From the IMG/VR virus record IMGVR_UViG_3300009537_000049, positions 1 to 42,218 of that record: DNA of 42,218 nt. One strand, given 5' to 3'. Below the pieces are notes generated by a model. The model saw only the letters and a list, made by a program, of their open reading frames with translations. It did no database searches and was not told the origin of the DNA. The position numbers and the translations under genes were made by a program. Positions 1 to 6,108 of the stretch are shown here, piece by piece. The DNA is from a virus. Within the stretch, counting starts at the first letter, position 1; each line of letters begins with the position of its first letter.

Positions 1-99
1 CGGGAGCGGGTCCTTTCAGTCGTGCGTGTAAGAATCATATTTTTTAGGCAGTACGCCCACAGTGTCTTGGGACGCTATACACCCCAAAGACACCCCACC
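1..99. repeat. terminal direct repeat, copy A (identical to the window end)
   Basis: cgggagcgggtcctttcagtcgtgcg...ccccaaagacaccccacc is repeated exactly at about 42120-42218. This is an overlap typical of a circularly closing assembly or of terminal redundancy. Confidence 0.9.
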
Positions 100-140
100 C
101 CTCTTCAAAAATTTCCAAATTAAAAATCCAGTGAGGCAGC

Positions 141-152
141 GCCGCGCGCGGC
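141..152. repeat. 12-bp GC-only palindrome GCCGCGCGCGGC (copy 1 of 3)
   Basis: Perfect palindrome read directly. Identical copies lie at 196-207 and 2867-2878. Confidence 0.85.
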
Positions 153-195
153 GTGGATCTAAATCAAATGCGTAGACACGCAGGCCATGCCGGAG

Positions 196-207
196 GCCGC
201 GCGCGGC
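196..207. repeat. 12-bp GC-only palindrome GCCGCGCGCGGC (copy 2 of 3)
   Basis: Exact copy of 141-152. Confidence 0.85.
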
Positions 208-231
208 TCAATTGTCCTATTCAAGATAGTG

Positions 232-508
232 CTTGTAACAGCAGTCACTGCATAATAATCAAAATAGTGTAACACCATTTCATTCTTAGTTACAGCAGTT
301 ACAGTAGTTACACTTAGTTACAACAGTTGGACAAGTGAATGGACTAAGGACTTTCTTAGGTATGTTGCTGTAACGCTGTAACACTATTTTTTCGAGGCCA
401 GAAGACTTGAAACTAAAGGACTTACGGAAACACGTTTTGTTACAGCAAAATTGAAAAATGGTGTAACAGCTCGTTTTGTTCGGCTAACACAAGCTAACTG
501 TTTCTCGT
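232..508. repeat. array of at least 10 GTTACA/TGTAAC hexamer sites (iteron- or operator-like)
   Basis: TGTAAC starts at 234, 268, 369, 377 and 462. GTTACA starts at 289, 298, 307, 317 and 439. Four AGTTACA units are tandem at 9-10 bp spacing (288-322). Two GCTGTAAC units are directly tandem (367-382). CGTTTTGTT flanks occur at 433-441 and 472-480. Confidence 0.8.
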
Positions 509-578
509 TCTAACAGCATACAGTAAAATAACGAAAAGATTTAAAAACCGCGCGACAAAAAATAATATAAAATAACGC

Positions 579-607
579 TTGACACGGACTATCCCGTCAT
601 GTAGAAT
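579..607 (+). promoter_or_regulatory. sigma70-type early promoter P1
   Basis: TTGACA (579-584), a 17-nt spacer, then TAGAAT (602-607), about 70 nt upstream of the first plus-strand gene. Confidence 0.75.
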
Positions 608-678
608 CTTACTCAAGATAGTAAACGATAGCAACATAAGATAACGAAACACAACGACAACATGAAAGGGACGAAAAA

Positions 679-903
679 ATGAAAAAACCGATGATAAAAC
701 TGGACGCGCTCGAACAATTAGTTGTACTGGAAGCCTTGAAATACGCAACCGAAAGTGGGCATTTCAAAGGGCTCGACAAAACGCCGGACGGCCGCATTTC
801 CTTAATTGCATGGTCTAACATTGCGGATAGAACGGCCGAACGTGTTGAACGTGAATTGTACACGCCTTCCGGCCTCAACGAAGCCGGAGAACACAAACGC
901 TAA
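679..903 (+). CDS. hypothetical early protein (74 aa)
   Basis: ORF track. The ATG is preceded by the GAAAGGGACGAAAAA ribosome-binding block. It is the first gene after P1. No family recognised. Confidence 0.6.
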   Translation: MKKPMIKLDALEQLVVLEALKYATESGHFKGLDKTPDGRISLIAWSNIADRTAERVERELYTPSGLNEAGEHKR

Positions 904-921
904 AACGAAAGGGACGAAAAA

Positions 922-1239
922 ATGAAAACAAAAATCGAAGTTACAGAAGTACGGCCAATCGCGGGAATTGGAAACCTGAAAGCACTCGTGGACGTGAAGC
1001 TGAACGGGTATATACTAATCAGAGGTTTTTCCGTTGTAGATTCCGCGCACGGACTTATTGCGACACCGCCGCGAAAGGTTGGGCGCGATGGGAGATGGTA
1101 CGAAATATTGACGCCGCTCAATGCCTCTATCCAAACCCGCCTTGAAGCCGCGGTTCTTATGGCTTATCAAGCGGAAATTTGCGCGCAAGACGGCCTCAAC
1201 GAAGCCGGAAAGCATTATATAAAGGATGGTGCGAAATGA
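922..1239 (+). CDS. spoVG: SpoVG-family nucleic-acid-binding protein
   Basis: 105 aa. By eye it aligns end to end with the SpoVG pattern as I recall it: EVTEVRPI..GNLKALVDVKL..GFSVVD..HGLIATPPRK..DGRWYEILTPLN...LEAAVL.AY. Confidence 0.75.
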   Translation: MKTKIEVTEVRPIAGIGNLKALVDVKLNGYILIRGFSVVDSAHGLIATPPRKVGRDGRWYEILTPLNASIQTRLEAAVLMAYQAEICAQDGLNEAGKHYIKDGAK

Positions 1240-1448
1240 ACGTATACACAAATCCAGAGTATGCTTGCATTGTCCGGCTCTCCGGCTCCGGCAGCCGCGC
1301 GGCTGCGGTGCTCTCCGAGCTCGGCTTCAAAAGCACGTGGGCGCAGGCCGCGGAAGCCAAGCGCGCGGAAAAACGCGCGCGGTTAGACGCGTTCGTCGCG
1401 GCACGTAAAGAGGCCATAGCGAAGCGCAACGCGGAGATATTCAGTTAA
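1236..1448 (+). CDS. hypothetical early protein (70 aa)
   Basis: In-frame ATG at 1236 overlaps the upstream stop as ATGA (MNVYTNPEYACIVRL...). The ORF track start at 1179 lies inside the spoVG-like gene. Confidence 0.55.
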   Translation: MNVYTNPEYACIVRLSGSGSRAAAVLSELGFKSTWAQAAEAKRAEKRARLDAFVAARKEAIAKRNAEIFS

Positions 1449-1458
1449 GATGGTGACG

Positions 1459-1518
1459 ACAGCCGCGCGGCTCTTTGTCGCGCGGCTGTAAACCACAAGG
1501 CCGGTTCGAAGTCCGGCC
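1459..1518 (+). promoter_or_regulatory. two consecutive GC-rich stem-loops in an intergenic gap
   Basis: Hairpin 1 has a 10-bp stem, ACAGCCGCGC (1459-1468) with GCGCGGCTGT (1480-1489). Hairpin 2 has a 6-bp stem, GGCCGG (1499-1504) with CCGGCC (1513-1518), and a TTCGAAGT loop. Neither has a U-tract. Confidence 0.6.
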
Positions 1519-1540
1519 TAAACATGAAAGGATCGAAAAC

Positions 1541-2464
1541 ATGAATAACTCAAACGTGGCCCACGCATGGGCGAATCAAACGCGCGAATCCGCGAAAGGT
1601 TCGAACTTTTATTTCGAAGGGCGCTCAATCTACAGTTACGGAGCGCATTTCGAAATAGCAAGGATTATGAAAAAATCGGACGGGTCAAGTGACTCCGGCC
1701 TGATTTTACTCACAACACGCGCTTACTCGAATACAACGTCAGGGCACACGTACAAAACACGCGGCGCGATTGACGAAAGTGTATACCGTGTCTTAACCGT
1801 GCCGCGCGTGGATATCCGGCCGCAAACGCAGTTAGAACACGTGAATATAGAGGCGCACGACGAAAACGTCCGTTATTTTTTGGACGAACACGAGCGGCGG
1901 AGGATGGCGGTTATCCGCGCTCGGCTTGCAATCGATCACAAAGCGGACTTATTAAACGAGCTGCGCGACACGGCGCGTGTGTATCTTGATTTTTTCAAGG
2001 TAAAAAGCAAAGACGCGCGGAAACTGCGCGCGGTGCTTTTATGCACACCGTTCACGGACGCCGAACGCACTAAAATTGAAGCCGCAAGAGACCGCGCGCG
2101 CTTCTGGCAGGCGCAAATGGACGAAGCCGAGCGCCGCCGCGAACGTGAAGCCGCGGCAAAGGCCGCGGAAGCGCTTCCGGCGTGGAGGCGCGGCGAAAAC
2201 GTTTGCGTTTTATATCTCTTAGACGTCGCGCTGCGCGTGTCCGCGGACGGCAAACGTGTAGAGACGTCCCACGGCGCGGCGGTAGACCTTAGAGCCGCGC
2301 ACGCGCTTTATAGAAGCGCGCACGGCAAGTCAAGCGCGCCTATGCCCAAAGAGATTGACGGCTTCCCTATCAAAGAGGCCGTATACGGGCAGGCGTGGTC
2401 TATAGGGTGTCACGTGATCCCGTGGAGCGAAGTCGAAGCCTTAGCCGTTGGGTTGAAATGGTGA
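1541..2464 (+). CDS. hypothetical protein (307 aa) with a central Arg/Glu/Ala-rich helix
   Basis: The ATG at 1541 follows TGAAAGGATCGAAAACA. The N-terminus NVAHAWANQ...NFYFEGRSIYSYGAHFEIAR and the C-terminus IGCHVIPWSEVEALA resemble recurring phage/plasmid proteins of unknown function (from memory, unverified). Confidence 0.65.
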   Translation: MNNSNVAHAWANQTRESAKGSNFYFEGRSIYSYGAHFEIARIMKKSDGSSDSGLILLTTRAYSNTTSGHTYKTRGAIDESVYRVLTVPRVDIRPQTQLEHVNIEAHDENVRYFLDEHERRRMAVIRARLAIDHKADLLNELRDTARVYLDFFKVKSKDARKLRAVLLCTPFTDAERTKIEAARDRARFWQAQMDEAERRREREAAAKAAEALPAWRRGENVCVLYLLDVALRVSADGKRVETSHGAAVDLRAAHALYRSAHGKSSAPMPKEIDGFPIKEAVYGQAWSIGCHVIPWSEVEALAVGLKW

Positions 2465-2586
2465 CGGCGGGCGCGCTTGCGGCGGCGCGCGACGTAGTGG
2501 ATTCACGGACGAACAAAGGAAAAACGGAAGCGAACGGGCAGCACGTTTGGCCTTTCGCGGTACAAAACGAAGGGGTGAAGGCATGA
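2458..2586 (+). CDS. possible small ORF (42 aa)
   Basis: Its ATG overlaps the upstream stop (ATGGTGA) and its TGA overlaps the next ATG (ATGA). This coupled arrangement fills an otherwise 118-nt gap. It is below the ORF-track size cut-off as an independent call. Confidence 0.35.
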   Translation: MVTAGALAAARDVVDSRTNKGKTEANGQHVWPFAVQNEGVKA

Positions 2587-2855
2587 ACGCATACCAAAAA
2601 GAGCGTGAATTAACGGACGCAGAATACGAAGCCGTACTGGATGAAATTTACGGCGACGTGGAAATATGCGGAATGACGTTTTCATCCGGCCACGCGCTGC
2701 GCGAACTTGATCCGACGGCTTTCCGCTGCGGAAAAGCGGATCATGAAAGCGCGCTCGACGAAGACAATCCGCTCTGGTGCTGCGGACAGTGCAGCGAAGA
2801 GTACGACAACGAAGAGGATGCGGACGTTTGTTGCGTGTCGAATCCGGACGAGTGA
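2583..2855 (+). CDS. small highly acidic, Cys-rich early protein (90 aa)
   Basis: The ATG at 2583 follows GAAGGGGTGAAGGC. By my count it has 25 Asp+Glu, 5 Lys+Arg and 7 Cys, including two CC pairs. Confidence 0.6.
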   Translation: MNAYQKERELTDAEYEAVLDEIYGDVEICGMTFSSGHALRELDPTAFRCGKADHESALDEDNPLWCCGQCSEEYDNEEDADVCCVSNPDE

Positions 2856-3322
2856 CGTCAAAAAACGCCGCGCGCGGCCTTAACCGGCTGCGCGCGGCCC
2901 TTTTTTTAGGCTTTTTTCTGCCCGTGGCGGCGTCCTGCGCGTGGGGTGCGGCTGCCGGCGTGGATCGCGCGCGGCTCGTGCGTGCGGTGATGAATGAGGC
3001 AGAGGGTGAGCCGTATGTATCGAAACTGGCGCATGCGTACGTTTTCGTGAATCGACGGCGTGCGGGCATGACGTGGGGATCGAGCGGCCTAGATTCTGAT
3101 AGCGTCCGCGCGCGCCTTGCACGTGCGCCGCGGCGGGCGTGGGACGAGGCCGGACGCGCGGCGGACGCGGCCTTAAATGGCCATGAATCCGATCCCACTG
3201 ATGGCGCTGTTTTTTGTGAAAACGTGGAGGCATTTGACGTGCCCGGATTTATTTTACGGATGGGCGATGAAGTCGAAAAGACGGCTGATATCCGCGGCGT
3301 GGTATTCTGGCGCAAACGATGA
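2852..3322 (+). CDS. SleB/CwlJ-like cell wall hydrolase (candidate endolysin), possibly with a signal/lipoprotein leader
   Basis: Hydrolase_2-like motifs are present: VMNEAEGEPY, AHAYVFVNR, AADAALNG..SDPTDGAVF and IRGVVFW. The start is uncertain. GTG 2852 overlaps the upstream stop and gives the leader TSKNAARGLNRLRAALFLGFFLPVAASC. Alternative starts at 2924, 2960 and 2990 lie after the hairpin. Confidence 0.65.
   Translation: MTSKNAARGLNRLRAALFLGFFLPVAASCAWGAAAGVDRARLVRAVMNEAEGEPYVSKLAHAYVFVNRRRAGMTWGSSGLDSDSVRARLARAPRRAWDEAGRAADAALNGHESDPTDGAVFCENVEAFDVPGFILRMGDEVEKTADIRGVVFWRKR
2860..2907. terminator. strong bidirectional rho-independent terminator-like hairpin
   Basis: An A6 run, then a 13-bp GC stem (2867-2879 pairs with 2886-2898, one G-U) with a TTAACC loop, then CC and T7 (2901-2907). 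The left arm is the third copy of GCCGCGCGCGGC. Confidence 0.7.
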
Positions 3323-3333
3323 AAAGATTTTTG

Positions 3334-3361
3334 TTGACATAACTTTATTCAAGACTATAAT
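3334..3361 (+). promoter_or_regulatory. sigma70-type promoter P2 (replication operon)
   Basis: TTGACA (3334-3339), a 16-nt spacer, then a perfect TATAAT (3356-3361). Confidence 0.8.
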
Positions 3362-3601
3362 CGAAAAACACAGTGGATATTTCAAATGAATGAAAGAGAA
3401 TGTTATATAAAGCTGTACGGCGGATTTTGGACGCCGGACATCCTTGCTGATCGAAACAGGCAGAAGTAGGGCGGAGCGGGCCGAGCGTCCTCGGTGCTTA
3501 CATGTGGCCTTCCGTGTTGTAGCCCCCGTATCAACGCGGCTGTCATAAAATTACGTGACTTGAAAAATTTATCAACAGGATAATGAGGAAACGAGGAGGA
3601 G

Positions 3602-3883
3602 GTGATTAGTTTGGAACTGACGAAGAAAAAAGATCAGGGAGTTTTTGACCGGTACAACCTGAATTCGGTTGAACTGGCCCAAAAACTCGGGTACCATCCG
3701 CAGTACGTGCGCTATCTGGCCAGTATGGGACGTCTTCCGGCCATCAAGCGCGGGCGTATGTGGATGTTTTGCGAAGATGAAGTCTTTGAATTTTTCCGCT
3801 CGAAAACGACACCACTAGTGAAAGGATCGAAAACACATGACGCAGGCCGAGACTCTTCGGAAGGAAGCGATCTCCTACGCTGA
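3602..3883 (+). CDS. helix-turn-helix DNA-binding protein (excisionase/MerR-like HTH)
   Basis: VELAQKLGYHPQYVRYLASMGRLPAIKRGRMWMF matches the excisionase-family HTH pattern. GGAGGAGG lies just upstream. The start may be GTG 3602 or the in-frame TTG 3611. The 3' end overlaps the primase gene by 47 nt. Confidence 0.6.
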   Translation: MISLELTKKKDQGVFDRYNLNSVELAQKLGYHPQYVRYLASMGRLPAIKRGRMWMFCEDEVFEFFRSKTTPLVKGSKTHDAGRDSSEGSDLLR

Positions 3884-5987
3884 AAGCGGCTACGTCATTA
3901 TAAAATTGCGCGGGAAAATTCCCGCGGTGTCCAATTGGACAGCGGCCGAGTACATTTGGCCCGATGACGTGCCTTCTTTCTTGAATGGATGGAGCGGGAA
4001 TCAAAAGAACTTTGGCGTGGTACTCTCCGCGCGCGATCTTGTGATTGATGTTGACCCGCGAAACTTTAAGCCCGGCGATAAGCCGCACACGCGATTATTC
4101 CAAGACCTTAAAATAGACGTTAAAGAAATTGCGGCCGTGGCCCGCACGGGATCCGGCGGAGCGCACATCTACCTTAAACTCCCGCCCGGGATCCGGGTCA
4201 AAGAAACGCTGCCCGAGTATCCGGGCGTTGAATTTAAGTCGAAAGGCCGTCAAGTTGTGGGTGTTGGATCCACGCACCCGGACATCAAAGAGCCGTACAC
4301 GTGGGCCGGGGGTCTGCCGCTGCGGGAAGTTTGCGTGGCCCCTGACGCGCTTTTAAACGTCATCCGCCGCGCTGCCTTTCGCGCGACGGCTGTCCGGGAC
4401 GATATCCGGGCGGGCAGCGGCGCGCAGGACGCGGATCCGGATACAAACGCGCGGTATGCCGAGTGGCTCGGCATCGCACGCGTGGCCGTTACGGGCGATC
4501 AAGGAGATATCACGACCTACAAGGCCGCCTGCCGCGGCCGGGACATGGGTTTAAGCGCTGCGTGCGTCTTTGACCATCTTTTGAAGCATTATAATCCCCG
4601 CTGCGTGCCGCCGTGGGCGCCGGACGAGCTTCGAGTCAAGGTGCGTAACGCGTTCGAGTACGCAAGCGAGAGGCCGGGCAACGCGCTCCCGCAGAACGAC
4701 TTTACCGCGGTTGAAACGAAACCGGAGACGCACCCGCTATATAGAGGATGGGACCGGATGAAGGATGGGACGTTGAAGAAAACGTCCATGAACGTGTTTA
4801 ATTTCTTCATCGTCAAGGACAGCCCGTTCGTGGGTGCCCTCGGGTACGACGAATTTAACGGCCAAGTGAAAATTCTCTCCCGGCTGCCGTGGCATGAGCC
4901 AAACATGAAACTTCCGCCCGGCGGTCTTGAGTGGACGGACACGGACAGCATTCGCTTCCGGCTTTGGATGTCACGCGAGAAAAATCTCGACGTCGCTGTG
5001 ACTTTGATAGATCAGGCCGTTCTGGACGCGGCGCACCTTCAGATTTTACATCCCGTGAAAGATTTCCTGCGCGAATTGAAGTGGGACGGCACATCACGTC
5101 TTGAAACATGGCTCATTGACTACGCAGGCGCGGACGATAACCGCTTCGTGCGGGAAGCAAGCAAAAAGTTTCTGCTTCAGGCCGTGGCGCGTGTCTACAC
5201 GCCCGGCTGCAAGGCGGATCACATCATTGTACTTGAAGGCGAGCAGGGCGTGGGTAAGTCAAGTATCGTCGAAATTCTCGGCGGGTCGTGGTACGGCGAT
5301 ATCGTGATCGATCCGCACGCGCGAGATACCGTGGATGCCATGCGCGGGAAGTGGTTTATCGAGCTTTCAGAGATGGAAGCCATCCGGCGCACGGACGCGC
5401 AGGCGTTGAAGGCGTTCATCACGCGCCGCGTTGACCGGGTGCGGTTAGCGTACGGCAAGCGCAGCGTGGATCTGCCGCGGCAGTGCGTTATGGTCGGGAC
5501 CATCAATCCGGACGCCACGAGCGAGTATTTGACGGACACGACCGGCAATCGTCGCATGTGGCCTATCTATATAAAGAAGGTGAATTTTGCCGGGCTTCAA
5601 AGTATCCGCGAGCAGCTTTTCGCGGAGGCCGTTGATCTGGTACTCGGCGGCGAGGACACCTACATCGTGGACCGCGAGGTTTTACAGCTTGCCGACGAAG
5701 AGCAGAAAAAGCGGCTTAACTCGGATCCGTGGGAAACGGCCATTTCGGAATACTGCACGGACAAAGTATTCAGGTTTGTGACCACAAAGGAGGTGTGGGT
5801 CTTCGCCTTGAAGGGATCCGACTCCGCACTTTCGAATGTGCAGCAGCGCCGGATAGCACGGTGTTTGAAAGAACTCGGCTTCGTTCCGCACGTGAAGCGC
5901 GATCCGGACGGCCGTGTGGTGCGGGGGTTCGTACATCGCGAGGCGCTGCGCGTGGACAAGGAAATGGAAGACTCACTTTTAATATGA
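3837..5987 (+). CDS. bifunctional primase-polymerase with a VirE/D5-like P-loop NTPase
   Basis: 716 aa. The N-terminal prim-pol pattern is GYVIIKLRGKIPAV...FGVVLSARDLVIDVDPRN. The C-terminal Walker A is VLEGEQGVGKSS, followed by a VirE-like region (WFIELSEM, RLAYGKR). Confidence 0.85.
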   Translation: MTQAETLRKEAISYAESGYVIIKLRGKIPAVSNWTAAEYIWPDDVPSFLNGWSGNQKNFGVVLSARDLVIDVDPRNFKPGDKPHTRLFQDLKIDVKEIAAVARTGSGGAHIYLKLPPGIRVKETLPEYPGVEFKSKGRQVVGVGSTHPDIKEPYTWAGGLPLREVCVAPDALLNVIRRAAFRATAVRDDIRAGSGAQDADPDTNARYAEWLGIARVAVTGDQGDITTYKAACRGRDMGLSAACVFDHLLKHYNPRCVPPWAPDELRVKVRNAFEYASERPGNALPQNDFTAVETKPETHPLYRGWDRMKDGTLKKTSMNVFNFFIVKDSPFVGALGYDEFNGQVKILSRLPWHEPNMKLPPGGLEWTDTDSIRFRLWMSREKNLDVAVTLIDQAVLDAAHLQILHPVKDFLRELKWDGTSRLETWLIDYAGADDNRFVREASKKFLLQAVARVYTPGCKADHIIVLEGEQGVGKSSIVEILGGSWYGDIVIDPHARDTVDAMRGKWFIELSEMEAIRRTDAQALKAFITRRVDRVRLAYGKRSVDLPRQCVMVGTINPDATSEYLTDTTGNRRMWPIYIKKVNFAGLQSIREQLFAEAVDLVLGGEDTYIVDREVLQLADEEQKKRLNSDPWETAISEYCTDKVFRFVTTKEVWVFALKGSDSALSNVQQRRIARCLKELGFVPHVKRDPDGRVVRGFVHREALRVDKEMEDSLLI

Positions 5988-5997
5988 GGATCAAACA

Positions 5998-6108
5998 ATG
6001 AATTGGCTCTCACCAAAAACCCTTGAATCTTTTATTCCGGTGCTCTACATCACGACCTTCGTGTTCTACGTTTTTGTTATCTGGTGTCTACAGAGGAGGG
6101 GGAGATGA
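5998..6108 (+). CDS. possible small membrane peptide (36 aa)
   Basis: The ATG is 7 nt after GAGGA. It has one hydrophobic span, FIPVLYITTFVFYVFVIWCL. Its TGA overlaps the ATG of the next gene (ATGA). It is below the ORF-track size cut-off. Confidence 0.4.
   Translation: MNWLSPKTLESFIPVLYITTFVFYVFVIWCLQRRGR

Noticed and set aside
287-324. Tandem 9-10 bp AGTTACA units as a possible CRISPR-like array.
   Set aside because: The units are far too short, have no unique spacers and no cas genes. They are better explained as protein-binding iterons.
494-896. Minus-strand ORFs of 84 and 95 aa in the control region.
   Set aside because: They span the P1 promoter and the first plus-strand gene. They are A/T-rich low-complexity translations with no RBS.
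1499-1518. A GGTTCGAAG sequence resembling a tRNA T-arm.
   Set aside because: The stem is 6 bp with an 8-nt loop. No acceptor, D or anticodon arms can be drawn from the flanking sequence. I also checked 3400-3600 and found no tRNA-like cloverleaf.
2503-3315. A 270-aa minus-strand ORF across the early region.
   Set aside because: It is an Arg/Ser/Pro-rich shadow ORF of a CGCG-rich segment. It runs through the terminator hairpin and opposes plus-strand genes with recognisable motifs and coupled starts. The same reasoning applies to 9725-10303, 10585-11190, 12142-12708, 26488-27123, 36402-37043, 37477-38055 and 41089-41721.
3177-3389. A 70-aa plus-strand ORF overlapping the hydrolase 3' end.
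   Set aside because: It runs straight through the P2 promoter (-35 and -10 boxes), lacks an RBS and has no recognisable features.
3602-3883. The excisionase-like HTH as evidence for a lysogeny module or integrated prophage.
   Set aside because: There is no integrase, repressor or att-like flank. The window ends overlap each other rather than host DNA. The HTH is more simply a transcriptional regulator at the head of the replication operon.
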